From: Thermoguttaceae bacterium
GTDB taxonomy: Bacteria > Planctomycetota > Planctomycetia > Pirellulales > Thermoguttaceae
Assembly: GCA_031548645.1 (NCBI GenBank)
Contig: JAVBQX010000014.1
Location: 13,392-77,391 of the forward strand
DNA length: 64,000 nt
Direction of reading: 5' to 3'
In this document: in pieces, positions 53,738-62,894 of the stretch
How the letters are laid out: each line of letters begins with the position of its first letter
Position numbering within the stretch: the stretch's first letter is position 1
Made by a program: the position numbers and the translations under genes
The notes under the pieces: model-generated
What the model was told of the DNA's origin: nothing
The model's input: the letters and a program-made list of their open reading frames with translations, nothing else
The model's database searches: none

Positions 53738-55030
53738 TCAATTCCACAAGGATTGCAGGTCGAACCGGAGGCTGAATGTACTCAGGAACATGTTCATGAC
53801 AACCTCGGTCGGCGTGTATTCCAACATGATCAGGTCGTTCGGCTGAATCAGGATTCGTTGGCTCGGGTCGGTCAGTCCCTGTTTCATGTCGATTTTAATC
53901 GCACGCTGGTATCCGTTGACTTCTCGAATGACCAACAACCGGGTCGGCGGGATGATGTTTCCGATGCTTGATCCTCTGTTTGTCGTTCCACCTGCCGCGA
54001 CGGCGACGGAGCCACCGGCCAACGACATGGCCGAGAACACGTCCAGATCGAAGTCACGCGGAATCGGATACATGCCGCCTTGGAGCATACCGCCGGTGTA
54101 AAAGACCTCCGCTTCGCGGGATTGCACGACGATGACGTCCCCGTCCTTGAGGGTGATGTCGTCCTGCGTCAATTCGGGAAATGCCTGGCCGGGGCGAACG
54201 CGAAGCGGGATTCGCACGATGTTCGGGTTGCCGTTGACATAGGGGGAATTGCCGGTATTGGTATTCTTGTTGCCAAGCAGCATGTCACTGCCGGTGATTT
54301 CATCATGACCGCCACGCAGGACGATGACCTCGTTTTTCGCCAACATGCTCGGCATGCCGCCGGTCTTGTTCAAGGCGTTGAGCACGTCGTTCTGTCCGGC
54401 CCACAGGTCGAGCGTCTTGGCCGCCCCGCGGTCTTCCGTTCCGATCAAGGCAACTCCTTTCCCTTGTGAGGCGTTGCTGGAGCCATAGCGCAGGTCGTCG
54501 GCACGAACGTCTTCACGAATCACGACAACGTGATACGTCCGCGGACGAATCATCGAAACGGTGATGACGGCGTCGGGCCCGAGGATTTTCAACACTTCGA
54601 CATAAACCCGGTGAATCAGGCTTTGCGTCTCCATGAGCGTGAGCCCCTCGACGTTCAGCGAGTGCAGCATTTTCGGCAGCGCAATCGTTCCGTCATCACG
54701 CACTGTAAAAGGGTACCCCGTTGCCGGCGGCAAATTCGTACTGGGATCCGGTTGGTGGACCGGAATCGGCTGATTCGGGGCGCCCGTGAGCGATTCGAGA
54801 TAAATCCCCAAGGTATCGCCGGGGCCCAGCCGATAGGCTTCCACCGGGTCCGCTCGGAGCAGGATGGGATTAATACTTTCCATGCTGCTTCGCGATTTGC
54901 TTCGGGTGTTCTCAAACCCCCGCGGCGAGATCGTTTCCCGGTCCGGCACGCTCGTGCATCCTGCAATTGTCGCCATGACCAACAATCCGGCCAGACAACG
55001 ATTCAAAAGTCCAGCTCTCATAAGTGGCAT
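53738..55030 (-). CDS. polysaccharide export protein (Wza-like, Poly_export plus SLBB domains), lipoprotein
   Basis: Has the YRLGPGDTLGIYL Poly_export motif and repeated SLBB-like segments (LKDGDVIVV, IQPNDLIMLE). I placed the start at the ATG at 55030, which follows GAGGAAGG and gives MPLMRAGLLNRCLAGLLVMATIAGCTS (a lipobox). Confidence 0.8.
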   Translation of the reverse strand: MPLMRAGLLNRCLAGLLVMATIAGCTSVPDRETISPRGFENTRSKSRSSMESINPILLRADPVEAYRLGPGDTLGIYLESLTGAPNQPIPVHQPDPSTNLPPATGYPFTVRDDGTIALPKMLHSLNVEGLTLMETQSLIHRVYVEVLKILGPDAVITVSMIRPRTYHVVVIREDVRADDLRYGSSNASQGKGVALIGTEDRGAAKTLDLWAGQNDVLNALNKTGGMPSMLAKNEVIVLRGGHDEITGSDMLLGNKNTNTGNSPYVNGNPNIVRIPLRVRPGQAFPELTQDDITLKDGDVIVVQSREAEVFYTGGMLQGGMYPIPRDFDLDVFSAMSLAGGSVAVAAGGTTNRGSSIGNIIPPTRLLVIREVNGYQRAIKIDMKQGLTDPSQRILIQPNDLIMLEYTPTEVVMNMFLSTFSLRFDLQSLWN

Positions 55031-55387
55031 CCTTCCTCTTTTTTCTCCTGAGCGTAACCCAAAAACGCTGTTTTCCATGATGAAACGGCCATGATTTCTT
55101 GTGGTCCGGCCCGCTGCATCTGTAAATATGATCATATCGATTACTTATAGCATGTTCACCATAACATGTACAATGCGGATAATCGATAAGTCCGCTAAAC
55201 GCATGATCGGTAAACCCGGCCTCAGGACTCGACCATTTGTAAGAATTCGCACCAAATCGCGGAAAAAATTTACCGGATCGACTGCTACAATCGATACAAT
55301 AGGAAAAACCTCTCCATTCTTCCTATTGTTTTCTACAAGAAGACAAAATATCAAAGATCAAACGCAAAGAATGCTGATGGCAGAAAA

Positions 55388-56353
55388 TCACATCATAAGG
55401 CCTTTGATTTGTTCGACGATAAGCGATTTTGTCATTTTAGGTTGAAGAGAGAAAAATTGGCACTCTTCCAGGCTGCGAAACCAGGTCATTTGGCGTTTCG
55501 CGAACTGGCGGGTATTCTGCTTGATGGTTTCGACAGCCGTGTGAAGGGACATTTTTTTGTCGAGATAATCAAAAAGTTCCTTGTATCCCAAGGCTTGCGA
55601 CGCCGTTTTGCTGATGGGGAGGAAGCGTTTGGTCAAGCGTTGAACTTCGTCGAGGAATCCGTTGTCAATCATATGGTCAACCCGGCGATTGATGCGGTCA
55701 TACAATTCCTCGCGAGGCCAATCCAAAACGATGACCTTGCAGCGCGACACAGGAGCCGGTTGATCGAACTGTTTTTGCCATTCGCTGATGGGAATGCCCG
55801 ACTTACGGAAAACCTCAATCGCACGAATCAGACGTTTGGTGTCATTCGGGTGCAAACGCTGCGCAGATTCGGGATCGTTTTTTTTCAGTTCGTTATGCAA
55901 AAAATCCGGTGGGGCATTTTGAGATTTTTCGTACAATTCCTTGCGCAATTTCGGGTCAGCGGCTGGCCCGGCAAAAATTCCACGGAGCATCGCCTTCAAA
56001 TACAAGGGGGTGCCACCGACGAACAGGACTTTCTTTCCGCGTCGTTTGATGCCGCGGATCGCCTCATAAGCAGACGTGACATATTCGGCAAGACTGTAGT
56101 CTTCACTGGGATCGACCACATCAATCATATGATGCGGCACCATCATGCGTTCCTCGTCCGAAGGCTTGGCCGTTCCGACGTCGAGTTCGCGGTAAACCGC
56201 CATGGAGTCAAGCGAGATGATTTCCGCTTCCATTTCTTCCGCCAACGCAACGCCGACACTGGTTTTCCCACTGGCTGTCGGGCCGGTCAGATACCAGCAA
56301 TCCCAACCAGGATTGTCAGGATGGTCAAAATTGGTATCTTGTGGTTTTGGCAT
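55388..56353 (-). CDS. miaA: tRNA dimethylallyltransferase
   Basis: Contains LTGPTASGKTSVGVALA (P-loop), IISLDSMAVYRELDVGTAKP, VPHHMIDVVDP and FVGGTPLY. The start was placed at Met30 of the tracked ORF (MPKPQDT...). I computed the coordinate from the track because my hand count in this line was off by one. Confidence 0.9.
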   Translation of the reverse strand: MPKPQDTNFDHPDNPGWDCWYLTGPTASGKTSVGVALAEEMEAEIISLDSMAVYRELDVGTAKPSDEERMMVPHHMIDVVDPSEDYSLAEYVTSAYEAIRGIKRRGKKVLFVGGTPLYLKAMLRGIFAGPAADPKLRKELYEKSQNAPPDFLHNELKKNDPESAQRLHPNDTKRLIRAIEVFRKSGIPISEWQKQFDQPAPVSRCKVIVLDWPREELYDRINRRVDHMIDNGFLDEVQRLTKRFLPISKTASQALGYKELFDYLDKKMSLHTAVETIKQNTRQFAKRQMTWFRSLEECQFFSLQPKMTKSLIVEQIKGLMM

Positions 56354-56481
56354 TGCGAAATAGTCGGAAAACTGAAAATTATGATTGTTGCACAGTGTCA
56401 GGTGCTTCGTGGCTGCATAAGAATTACTCCAGCACATCACCGTGACTTTCTATTTTAACAAAATTCGCCGGAAAATCAAAT

Positions 56482-56880
56482 ATGAGTGACAAGTTTTCCA
56501 AAAAAAGTTGCGGCATTTTGCAGCAATTATACGATGTCATCGAACAACGACGGCAAGAACTGCCGCCTGATTCTTACACGACGACCCTTTTCAAGGCAGG
56601 TATGTCCGCGATCACAAGGAAGTTGCGCGAAGAATCGCGGGAGCTGGTCGAAGCCGCGGAAACGCTTATGTCAAGCGAATGTCAGATTTACTCCAATCCT
56701 GAAGAAAAACGCAACACAAAAAATCAAGTCACGCACGAAGCTGCTGACCTGATGTACCATTTTCTTGTGCTGTTGGCTGCCTGTGAATTGACACCGAGCG
56801 ATATTGAGCAGGAACTGGCTCGGCGATTTGGAGTATCGGGGCTGGAAGAAAAAGCTGTAAGAAAAAAACGCAGCGATTGA
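56482..56880 (+). CDS. hisE: phosphoribosyl-ATP pyrophosphatase
   Basis: Contains LQQLYDVIEQRRQELPPDSYTTTLFKAGMSAITRKLREESRELVEAA...HEAADLMYHFLVLLA, the MazG-like HisE pattern, with a short internal insertion. Confidence 0.85.
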   Translation: MSDKFSKKSCGILQQLYDVIEQRRQELPPDSYTTTLFKAGMSAITRKLREESRELVEAAETLMSSECQIYSNPEEKRNTKNQVTHEAADLMYHFLVLLAACELTPSDIEQELARRFGVSGLEEKAVRKKRSD

Positions 56881-56895
56881 TGATTTACACGTATA

Positions 56896-57975
56896 TTACG
56901 TATTATTCCTATAACTCCGCCGAAGTTGACCGCACGCCGCATCGATGGGATCGCCTTTTTTGTAGCGAATTTTAACATCAACGCCGCCCTGTTCGAGCAA
57001 TTCGACAAAATGGCGGACCGAGGCCGATGACGGGGTACGATACGGCAATTCTTCAACTGGATTGAAGGGAATCAGATTGACGATTGCCGTGCGATTTTTC
57101 AAAAGTTGAACCAACTCACGGGCATGTCCGGGGCGGTCGTTGACCTGATCGATCAAAACGTACTCAAACGTCACGCGGCGCCCGGTGACACGAAAAAAGC
57201 GATCCGAGGTGGCCATGATTTTCGCGATCCCCGTGTGCCGGTTCTGCGGCACGATCTCGTTGCGGAGCGTATCGTTTGGCGCATGCAGCGATATGGCAAG
57301 GCGATAGGTGACGTCGTCTGCGGCGAGCTTTTCGATGCCGGCCGGAAGGCCGACCGTCGAAATGGTGACCCGCCGCTTGCTCAAGTCAAGTCCGTCACCC
57401 GCCGTCACCTCATCGAGCGCGGGCAGTAAGGCCGGTAAATTCAACAGCGGCTCGCCCGTCCCCATCACGACAAGATGCGTCAATCGCTCGGTTTGCGGCA
57501 ACAACTGATTGAGCCGCAATATCTGTTCAAGAATCTCCCCACGGGTTAGGTTTCGCACGAAGCCGTCGAGCCCACTGGCACAAAACAGGCACCCCATCGC
57601 ACAACCGACCTGGCTCGAAATACAGGCCGTGCGGTGATTTCGGTCATCCCGCAACAGCACGCACTCGACACGGTGCCCGTCCGGCCATTCGATGAGCAAT
57701 TTTTCCGTTCGGTCGCCGGATTTTTTGTGTGCGATAATCTTGCCGCAATAAATATCAAACTGTTCCGCCAGAATCGCTCGCAAATCAAGCGACAGATTCG
57801 TCATGGCGGCAAAATCCGTCGTTTTTCGTGCGTAAACCCATTGGCGGATCTGTTCGGCTCGAAACGCAGGCAGCCTCAATGACTTGAGTTCCTCTCTCAG
57901 TACCGATTTGTCCAATTCCAACAGGGAGCGTTTCATGACGCCATTGTCTTTCCGTTGTGACTTCTTGATTGCCAA
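56896..57975 (-). CDS. rlmN: 23S rRNA/tRNA (adenine-C2)-methyltransferase, radical SAM
   Basis: Contains LPAFRAEQIRQWVY, a CISSQVGCAMGCLFCASG radical-SAM cluster site, MGTGEPLLN and the C-terminal DAACGQL. Confidence 0.95.
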   Translation of the reverse strand: MAIKKSQRKDNGVMKRSLLELDKSVLREELKSLRLPAFRAEQIRQWVYARKTTDFAAMTNLSLDLRAILAEQFDIYCGKIIAHKKSGDRTEKLLIEWPDGHRVECVLLRDDRNHRTACISSQVGCAMGCLFCASGLDGFVRNLTRGEILEQILRLNQLLPQTERLTHLVVMGTGEPLLNLPALLPALDEVTAGDGLDLSKRRVTISTVGLPAGIEKLAADDVTYRLAISLHAPNDTLRNEIVPQNRHTGIAKIMATSDRFFRVTGRRVTFEYVLIDQVNDRPGHARELVQLLKNRTAIVNLIPFNPVEELPYRTPSSASVRHFVELLEQGGVDVKIRYKKGDPIDAACGQLRRSYRNNT

Positions 57976-58016
57976 AGGGATAGGTCACTGAAAACGGCAT
58001 CATTAAATATTATTCA

Positions 58017-58442
58017 TTAACGTTTTTTGGCAGAAGCCGGACGGTCGACCTTGATATCATAGGTTTTAGTCGATTTATCGATTTTGATCGAGAGCCCCGA
58101 CGTTCCTTTCGAGGTATATTTTTTTGCAATCAGTAATTCCGGCTGCCCATACGAAGCGGTCGATTGCGAAGAGATTTTTTCCGCTCCCTGAATATACACC
58201 TTGTAATCTCCTGGAGGAATGCCGTCTTTTTCATTGATCGAACTCACCTGATAGGTTCCATCTTCAGCAATACTACCACGAGCTTCGTAAGAATCGGTTG
58301 CGAAATAAACCGTTCCAACATTCAATGGGGTATTATCGTCAGAAAATGTCACTTTCCCCGAAAGACCGACTTTGTCATTATTACAGCCAAAGGTCAAGAG
58401 AATGAATCCCAATAAACATGGGAAAATAATATTGTTTTTCAA
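58017..58442 (-). CDS. small lipoprotein with a carboxypeptidase-regulatory-like beta-sandwich
   Basis: Lipobox LLTFGCNN followed by LSGKVTFSDDNTPLNVGTVYF. This is the kind of small gene that normally follows DUF1559 genes in Planctomycetota. Confidence 0.75.
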   Translation of the reverse strand: MKNNIIFPCLLGFILLTFGCNNDKVGLSGKVTFSDDNTPLNVGTVYFATDSYEARGSIAEDGTYQVSSINEKDGIPPGDYKVYIQGAEKISSQSTASYGQPELLIAKKYTSKGTSGLSIKIDKSTKTYDIKVDRPASAKKR

Positions 58443-58457
58443 AGCTATTTCCTTTCA

Positions 58458-58680
58458 TTAGGCTTTCGCCAATAAGTTCCATACCCAATCCGAGCCCGAA
58501 GCGTCAGCGACGGGTTAAAGTTTTCTTTTCCAGTTCGTTTCCATTTGGCGAATCATTTCCCATTAATTAATGGAAACCGAAATTGTTTTGGGGCGGTAAT
58601 ACCCGTCGCTGACGCTCCGGGCTGCCAAGGGAAACAATCTGCTTATTGCGCTGTCGTACTAAGGCTTTCGCCAATAAGTT
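58458..58680. repeat. composite repeat: a 19-nt direct repeat flanking an inverted pair of the AGCCCGRAGCGTCAGCGACGG motif
   Basis: aggctttcgccaataagtt occurs at both 58460-58478 and 58662-58680. gagcccgaagcgtcagcgacggg (58491-58513) pairs with cccgtcgctgacgctccgggct (58602-58623). There is a central near-palindrome ttcccattaattaatggaaa. Confidence 0.75.
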
Positions 58681-58688
58681 TTCCGCAA

Positions 58689-58863
58689 GAACAGCAGCCG
58701 GGAGCGCAGCGGACGGAGTGACCGGTGTGGGGCGTTTCCGTTTGTGTAAGCGTATTTCGCGTTTTCGGTTTGCCGTTCGAAATCTTTCGGGAATCGACGT
58801 GCTTTCCGTCTGGCGGCTCCTCGCTCCGGTCACTCCGCTGCGCTGCGTTCCCGACTGCTGTTC
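58689..58863 (-). mobile_element. MITE-like element of about 175 bp (family 180-TIR), copy B (reverse orientation)
   Basis: Its reverse complement aligns end to end with 61930-62112, with the same TIRs gcagccgggaacgcagcgcagcggagtgaccgg ... ccggtcactccgt.cgctgcgct. It sits directly next to the composite repeat at 58458-58680. Confidence 0.8.
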
Positions 58864-58954
58864 TTGATCATCATTTTTCGGCAAAAGCCATACAGGGTAT
58901 TTTTTCCGAATATCAATTCGATAGCTTTGTTGCAGTTGAGTACCAGACCGCAAA

Positions 58955-60106
58955 TTACGGGATTGCAACCGAGGCACCATCATTGACCGTGCCAAGTCGC
59001 CCCATGATGATGGCCGGTGTTGTGGCACTGATCGCTTGAACGGAACCATCCCCCATCGCAAAATTAGTCACGCCCGTGTGGTAACTTCCAAAACGGGCAT
59101 CAAGATAGCTTCTGTTGCCTTCGTTTGGAAGCGCGAGTCCAAAGGTACCGGCCCCATTGACTTGATCGAACGCCGTCAAGCCATCCGTTCCGTTACTGTT
59201 CATGACAACACGCGCCATGGCCGGTGCGGCCGGGTCACCGCCGACAAGATAACTGCAGTCGGACCGTTTGCCGTGATCGTTCTCGCATTGTCCGAGCGTA
59301 CCGAGCTGGATATGTTTTTCGCCGACGGCAATCTGGTTACTTGTCCCGTCCGCCATCCATGAAAAAGAATCGCGGGGCGCCCAACTTTTATAGGAATTGA
59401 CGTTGTTCAAATCTCCGGAGATACGGGCGAGCCGGAACGGCGAGTGGGAACCGGAAATGGCCCCGGCCCTGTGTTGAAGATAAAAATGCTGCACGGCATC
59501 CGGATCCGATCCCATTGAAGTATTCGAGTAAAAACTGAGGACGATCGCATAGTCGCCCTGCGGTCCGGGATTGGCAATCTCCCAGCCAGGTCCCGGCGTC
59601 GCCAATGGCGGGAGGAAAGTTCCGGAGGAGCGTCGCGTGGGGCAGTTCATGCTGTTGACCGACGCGAATGATTTGCGAATCGCTTCTTTTTCGGCATCGG
59701 TTGGTGTCCCCGAAGTGCCCGGCATGCCCGTCATATCTTTCCACCAGACGGAATTGTAGTACTGGTGCATTCCGTAACCGGTGATGATTTCATAAAGAGC
59801 GGTTTGCTCCAAGTACGGAAAGAGAAACATGAAGAAACCGGGACGCGCATGACTTTCACCGTTGCTTCCACCAACGGTTGCCGGAGGCAGTCCTTTCATG
59901 GCATCATGAAAATTGTGCGATGCGAGTCCAATTTGCTTGAGATGATTGGTGCACTGCATTCGTCTGGCCGCTTCGCGGGCCGCCTGAACGGCGGGTAAAA
60001 GTAATGCAATCAGAATACCGATGATTGCGATGACGACTAGAAGTTCAACAAGGGTAAAGGCTTTGAAACGCCTCTCAATATTTTTGAAATTTTTTGTAAA
60101 TTTCAT
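58955..60106 (-). CDS. DUF1559-domain protein with a prepilin-type N-terminal cleavage/methylation signal
   Basis: The N-terminus is [54 protein letters not shown], and the C-terminus is [18 protein letters not shown]. This is the classic planctomycetal family. Confidence 0.9.
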   Translation of the reverse strand: MKFTKNFKNIERRFKAFTLVELLVVIAIIGILIALLLPAVQAAREAARRMQCTNHLKQIGLASHNFHDAMKGLPPATVGGSNGESHARPGFFMFLFPYLEQTALYEIITGYGMHQYYNSVWWKDMTGMPGTSGTPTDAEKEAIRKSFASVNSMNCPTRRSSGTFLPPLATPGPGWEIANPGPQGDYAIVLSFYSNTSMGSDPDAVQHFYLQHRAGAISGSHSPFRLARISGDLNNVNSYKSWAPRDSFSWMADGTSNQIAVGEKHIQLGTLGQCENDHGKRSDCSYLVGGDPAAPAMARVVMNSNGTDGLTAFDQVNGAGTFGLALPNEGNRSYLDARFGSYHTGVTNFAMGDGSVQAISATTPAIIMGRLGTVNDGASVAIP

Positions 60107-60281
60107 AAGTCCTTCTCTCTTTCAAATGAAATGGTGAATAAAGGGCGAGACTTTGCAAGATTTATAATCATAACTTACATGATAATTTAAGTAATGATTA
60201 TACGTAAATAAAAAAAACTGTTAGTTCTCGCCAAAGTCAATTTTGTGTATTCATAGCCGCCGGAGCTTTTTCGGCAATTGC

Positions 60282-60306
60282 GGCGGTCACGGCGTGACTG
60301 CCCTAC
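60282..60306 (-). repeat. GTAG-headed REP-like hairpin (one stem mismatch)
   Basis: Plus strand reads ggcggtcacggcgtgactgccctac, in the divergent intergenic region between the DUF1559 gene and the FadL-like gene. Confidence 0.8.
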
Positions 60307-60502
60307 CAGAGTCACATAATTTGAGCCTTGGCGGGTTGCTACAATGCTGCAAAAAAACATGGCACTGTGAAATTATATCGGTCTTCATCCTCAATGTCAA
60401 CAATAAATCCAGAAGCGATCACATAACCGCCGCCAAGCTTGTACCGCGGAAGCGATGCAGTGAACTCCCCCGATCACTTTTTCAGCCACTTGCCATTGCA
60501 TT

Positions 60503-61915
60503 TTGGCATCGAACTTGTTACAGTCCGCAGGGCATTTTGTCGGCGCACAACAATTCATACACGTGACTGAAAACCGACGTTTCAACAGGATTTTGCGATG
60601 GACCGTGATGCTTGCCGTCATGACAGGCATGACGGCACGTTCGCTTTTTGCGCAGGAACTCGGCTATTCCGGCGTCAGTCCGGTCAACAACAGTTTCGGC
60701 GGCGTGGCCGTGGCCGCCCCCATCGACGGAACGGCGGCGATGTACTGGAACCCTGCCACGATCAGTTCACTCAACAAGGGCGAATTCCAATTCGGTTTCG
60801 GCCGCACCAACCCGCCCTGGTACGGTGACGAAAGTCTGGGAAACACCATTCTCGTCCCTGTCCTTGGGGTGCTCTGGCTTGTTTCCGAAAGTCAAAAAGC
60901 GGACGACTATTGGGAGAAATACAGTAATGGCGATCATCGCTCATCAGGCGACAACGACGGCGCAGGTCATTCGCCCGATGATGAGCCGCAAGTGCCGGGC
61001 ATCCCGAAGGTCCGCAGTTTCAACATCAGCATCGTCGGAACGCCGAGCCGGTATTCGCACTGGAATTGCGGCTTTTCGATGACCGAAACGGGCCAGAGAA
61101 AACAGCGTTTCGTCCTTGATGCCTTGACCGGTGAAATCGAAGGCGTGCAGATTTACCGCGTCAAAAACATCGAACTCACGCCGGCGGTCTCGTGGTGGAA
61201 CAAACGCAAGCTGTCGTTCGGGATCGCCCCGATTTTTTCGATCGACGAACACCCCAACGCATCGCTGCCCGCAAGCCGGGATTATGTGTTTCTCGGCGAC
61301 GACCGCGGCCATGTCGGGCTCGGTTTGCAGCTTGGCGTTTACTACCAGGCGGAAAACGATTTCAACTTCGGTTTCAGCGTCAAAAGCCCGATTTGGATTC
61401 CCGGTCAAACCTATCGCTGGGAGCGGCTTTCCACCGGGGAGCTCCGCGTGCGGGACAGCCATTTTTCGCAGGATTCGCCGCTCAGGTTCGCGTTCGGCAT
61501 TTCCTACAGCGGCATCAACAACGGCCTGTTCGCCGTCGACGTCCGTCATTACGATTTTCAGCACGTCGGTTCGCTGTACGACTTTTCGTCGAACGGCGGA
61601 AAACGGACGGTCACATCCCTGGGCGCCGGGGCCGAATATCGAATTTCCGAAGGCATCGCCCTGCGCATGGGCTACCAGTACGCCGACGGAAACTGCAACG
61701 CTTTCGAGGACCTGGTTTTCAACACGACGCTCCCGATCCAGCGTGGGCATTCGGTTCATTTCGGCATAACGTTGGGCGATCCCGATAGCTGGGACATCAC
61801 GTTCTCGGGCTCCCACGCCTTCGGCGGACAGCAAATACTGCTCGCCGACGGAAGGTTTCTCGACGCCAATCCCAACAGCAGCACCTTCTGGTGGGGGCTG
61901 CGCATCCATTTTTGA
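60503..61915 (+). CDS. outer-membrane beta-barrel protein, FadL/OmpP1/TodX-like (tentative)
   Basis: Signal-like LAVMTGMTARSLFAQE, AAMYWNPATISSL (compare the NPAGL motif of FadL-type proteins), alternating beta-strand pattern, and a terminal aromatic (WWGLRIHF). The start is uncertain: GTG at 60563 or ATG at 60608 are alternatives to the tracked 60503. Confidence 0.6.
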   Translation: MASNLLQSAGHFVGAQQFIHVTENRRFNRILRWTVMLAVMTGMTARSLFAQELGYSGVSPVNNSFGGVAVAAPIDGTAAMYWNPATISSLNKGEFQFGFGRTNPPWYGDESLGNTILVPVLGVLWLVSESQKADDYWEKYSNGDHRSSGDNDGAGHSPDDEPQVPGIPKVRSFNISIVGTPSRYSHWNCGFSMTETGQRKQRFVLDALTGEIEGVQIYRVKNIELTPAVSWWNKRKLSFGIAPIFSIDEHPNASLPASRDYVFLGDDRGHVGLGLQLGVYYQAENDFNFGFSVKSPIWIPGQTYRWERLSTGELRVRDSHFSQDSPLRFAFGISYSGINNGLFAVDVRHYDFQHVGSLYDFSSNGGKRTVTSLGAGAEYRISEGIALRMGYQYADGNCNAFEDLVFNTTLPIQRGHSVHFGITLGDPDSWDITFSGSHAFGGQQILLADGRFLDANPNSSTFWWGLRIHF

Positions 61916-61929
61916 AGCCAAGATCGTCG

Positions 61930-62112
61930 CAATGGCAGCCGGGAACGCAGCGCAGCGGAGTGACCGGATCAAGGAGCCGCAAGGCAGAAAGCACGCTGAT
62001 TTCCAAAAGACTTTAAACGACAAACCGAGAATGCGAAATACGCTCCCCCAACGGAAACGCCCCACACCGGTCACTCCGTTCGCTGCGCTCTCTGCGTTCC
62101 CGGCTGCCATTC
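61930..62112 (+). mobile_element. MITE-like element of about 183 bp (family 180-TIR), copy C
   Basis: The ends are caatggcagccgggaacgcagcgcagcggagtgaccgg and ccggtcactccgttcgctgcgctctctgcgttcccggctgccattc. It begins 15 nt after the FadL-like stop. The tracked ORFs 61932..62123 and the start of 60944..62110 are artefacts of the TIRs. Confidence 0.8.
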
Positions 62113-62156
62113 TTGCACGTTGAAGGGAACACGCAAAATTTTAGTTCGGCCGGGTG

Positions 62157-62615
62157 CTATTGTCCCCGACGCTGTTTTTCCTGTTGCGCGGCGAGATAGA
62201 TCATCCGTAACTCGTGCAGCACGTTTTCGAGCGTCTTCGTTTCCTCGTCGTCGCGATTGCCGGAGGTTTTTTCGTAAAGCATTTCGACCGTGTCGATCAG
62301 GTGCGCGGCCTGGTTCAGCAGCATGACGCTTTTTCCCGTGGCCGGGTTCGGAAAAACGCCCATTGAGACCATCGCCTGCGCCGCCAGTCCCGAGGCCAGC
62401 GTCACGAGCGTCGGCGCCGGAAGCGGCACGTCGTGTTGCTGCAATTCCTCTTCCGCACGGCGGTCGGCCTCTTCCTGCCGCGCTTTCCGTTCGGCGTCAA
62501 GCACGTCTTTGGTCAGTTTTTCATCCGGCGCGTCATCATCCGACCGCCCCTTGGCCCGGGCCTCCCAATCGTCGCCGGCCCAGTTTTCCTCAATGATTTT
62601 TTCATCTTCCGACAT
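62157..62615 (-). CDS. DUF1844-domain protein
   Basis: I placed the start at the ATG at 62615 (MSEDEKIIEE...). It has an acidic N-terminus followed by PAPTLVTLASGLAAQAMVSMGVFPNP...AAHLIDTVEMLYEKTSGNRDDEETKTLENVLHELRMIY, matching my memory of DUF1844. Confidence 0.75.
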   Translation of the reverse strand: MSEDEKIIEENWAGDDWEARAKGRSDDDAPDEKLTKDVLDAERKARQEEADRRAEEELQQHDVPLPAPTLVTLASGLAAQAMVSMGVFPNPATGKSVMLLNQAAHLIDTVEMLYEKTSGNRDDEETKTLENVLHELRMIYLAAQQEKQRRGQ

Positions 62616-62636
62616 GTTTTTACCTTTATTATTTGT

Positions 62637-62839
62637 TTTTTTCACGCGGAGACGCAAAGCAGACAAAGAACGCAAAGAACAACACAAATTAACAATTTAC
62701 CACAAGGGACACGAAGCATGTCACAAAGGACGCAATGGATTTCACTCCCGCTTTGTGTTCTTCGTGATAATCCTTGTGTACCTTGTGGTTAAAATTGATA
62801 ACTCTGCGAACTTGGTTTTCTTTGCGTCTTTGCGTGAAA
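62637..62839. mobile_element. TIR-bounded element (family GAGACGCAAAG), copy 2, about 203 bp with nested inverted repeats
   Basis: The outer arms are tttttcacgcggagacgcaaagcagacaaagaacgcaaagaa and ttctttgcgtctttgcgtgaaa. The inner arms are ccacaagggacacgaag and cttcgtgataatccttgtgtaccttgtgg. Confidence 0.65.
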
Positions 62840-62894
62840 TATTTTGCCCATTTTCTGTAGCAACTATAGCTTTATGAATTATTTTAAACTGCAA

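Noticed and set aside
58567-59061. A 164-aa minus-strand ORF spanning the repeat pile-up and the 3' end of the DUF1559 gene.
   Set aside because: It is assembled from REP/MITE sequence and overlaps the end of a well-supported gene. Similar pseudo-ORFs arise at every copy of these repeats.
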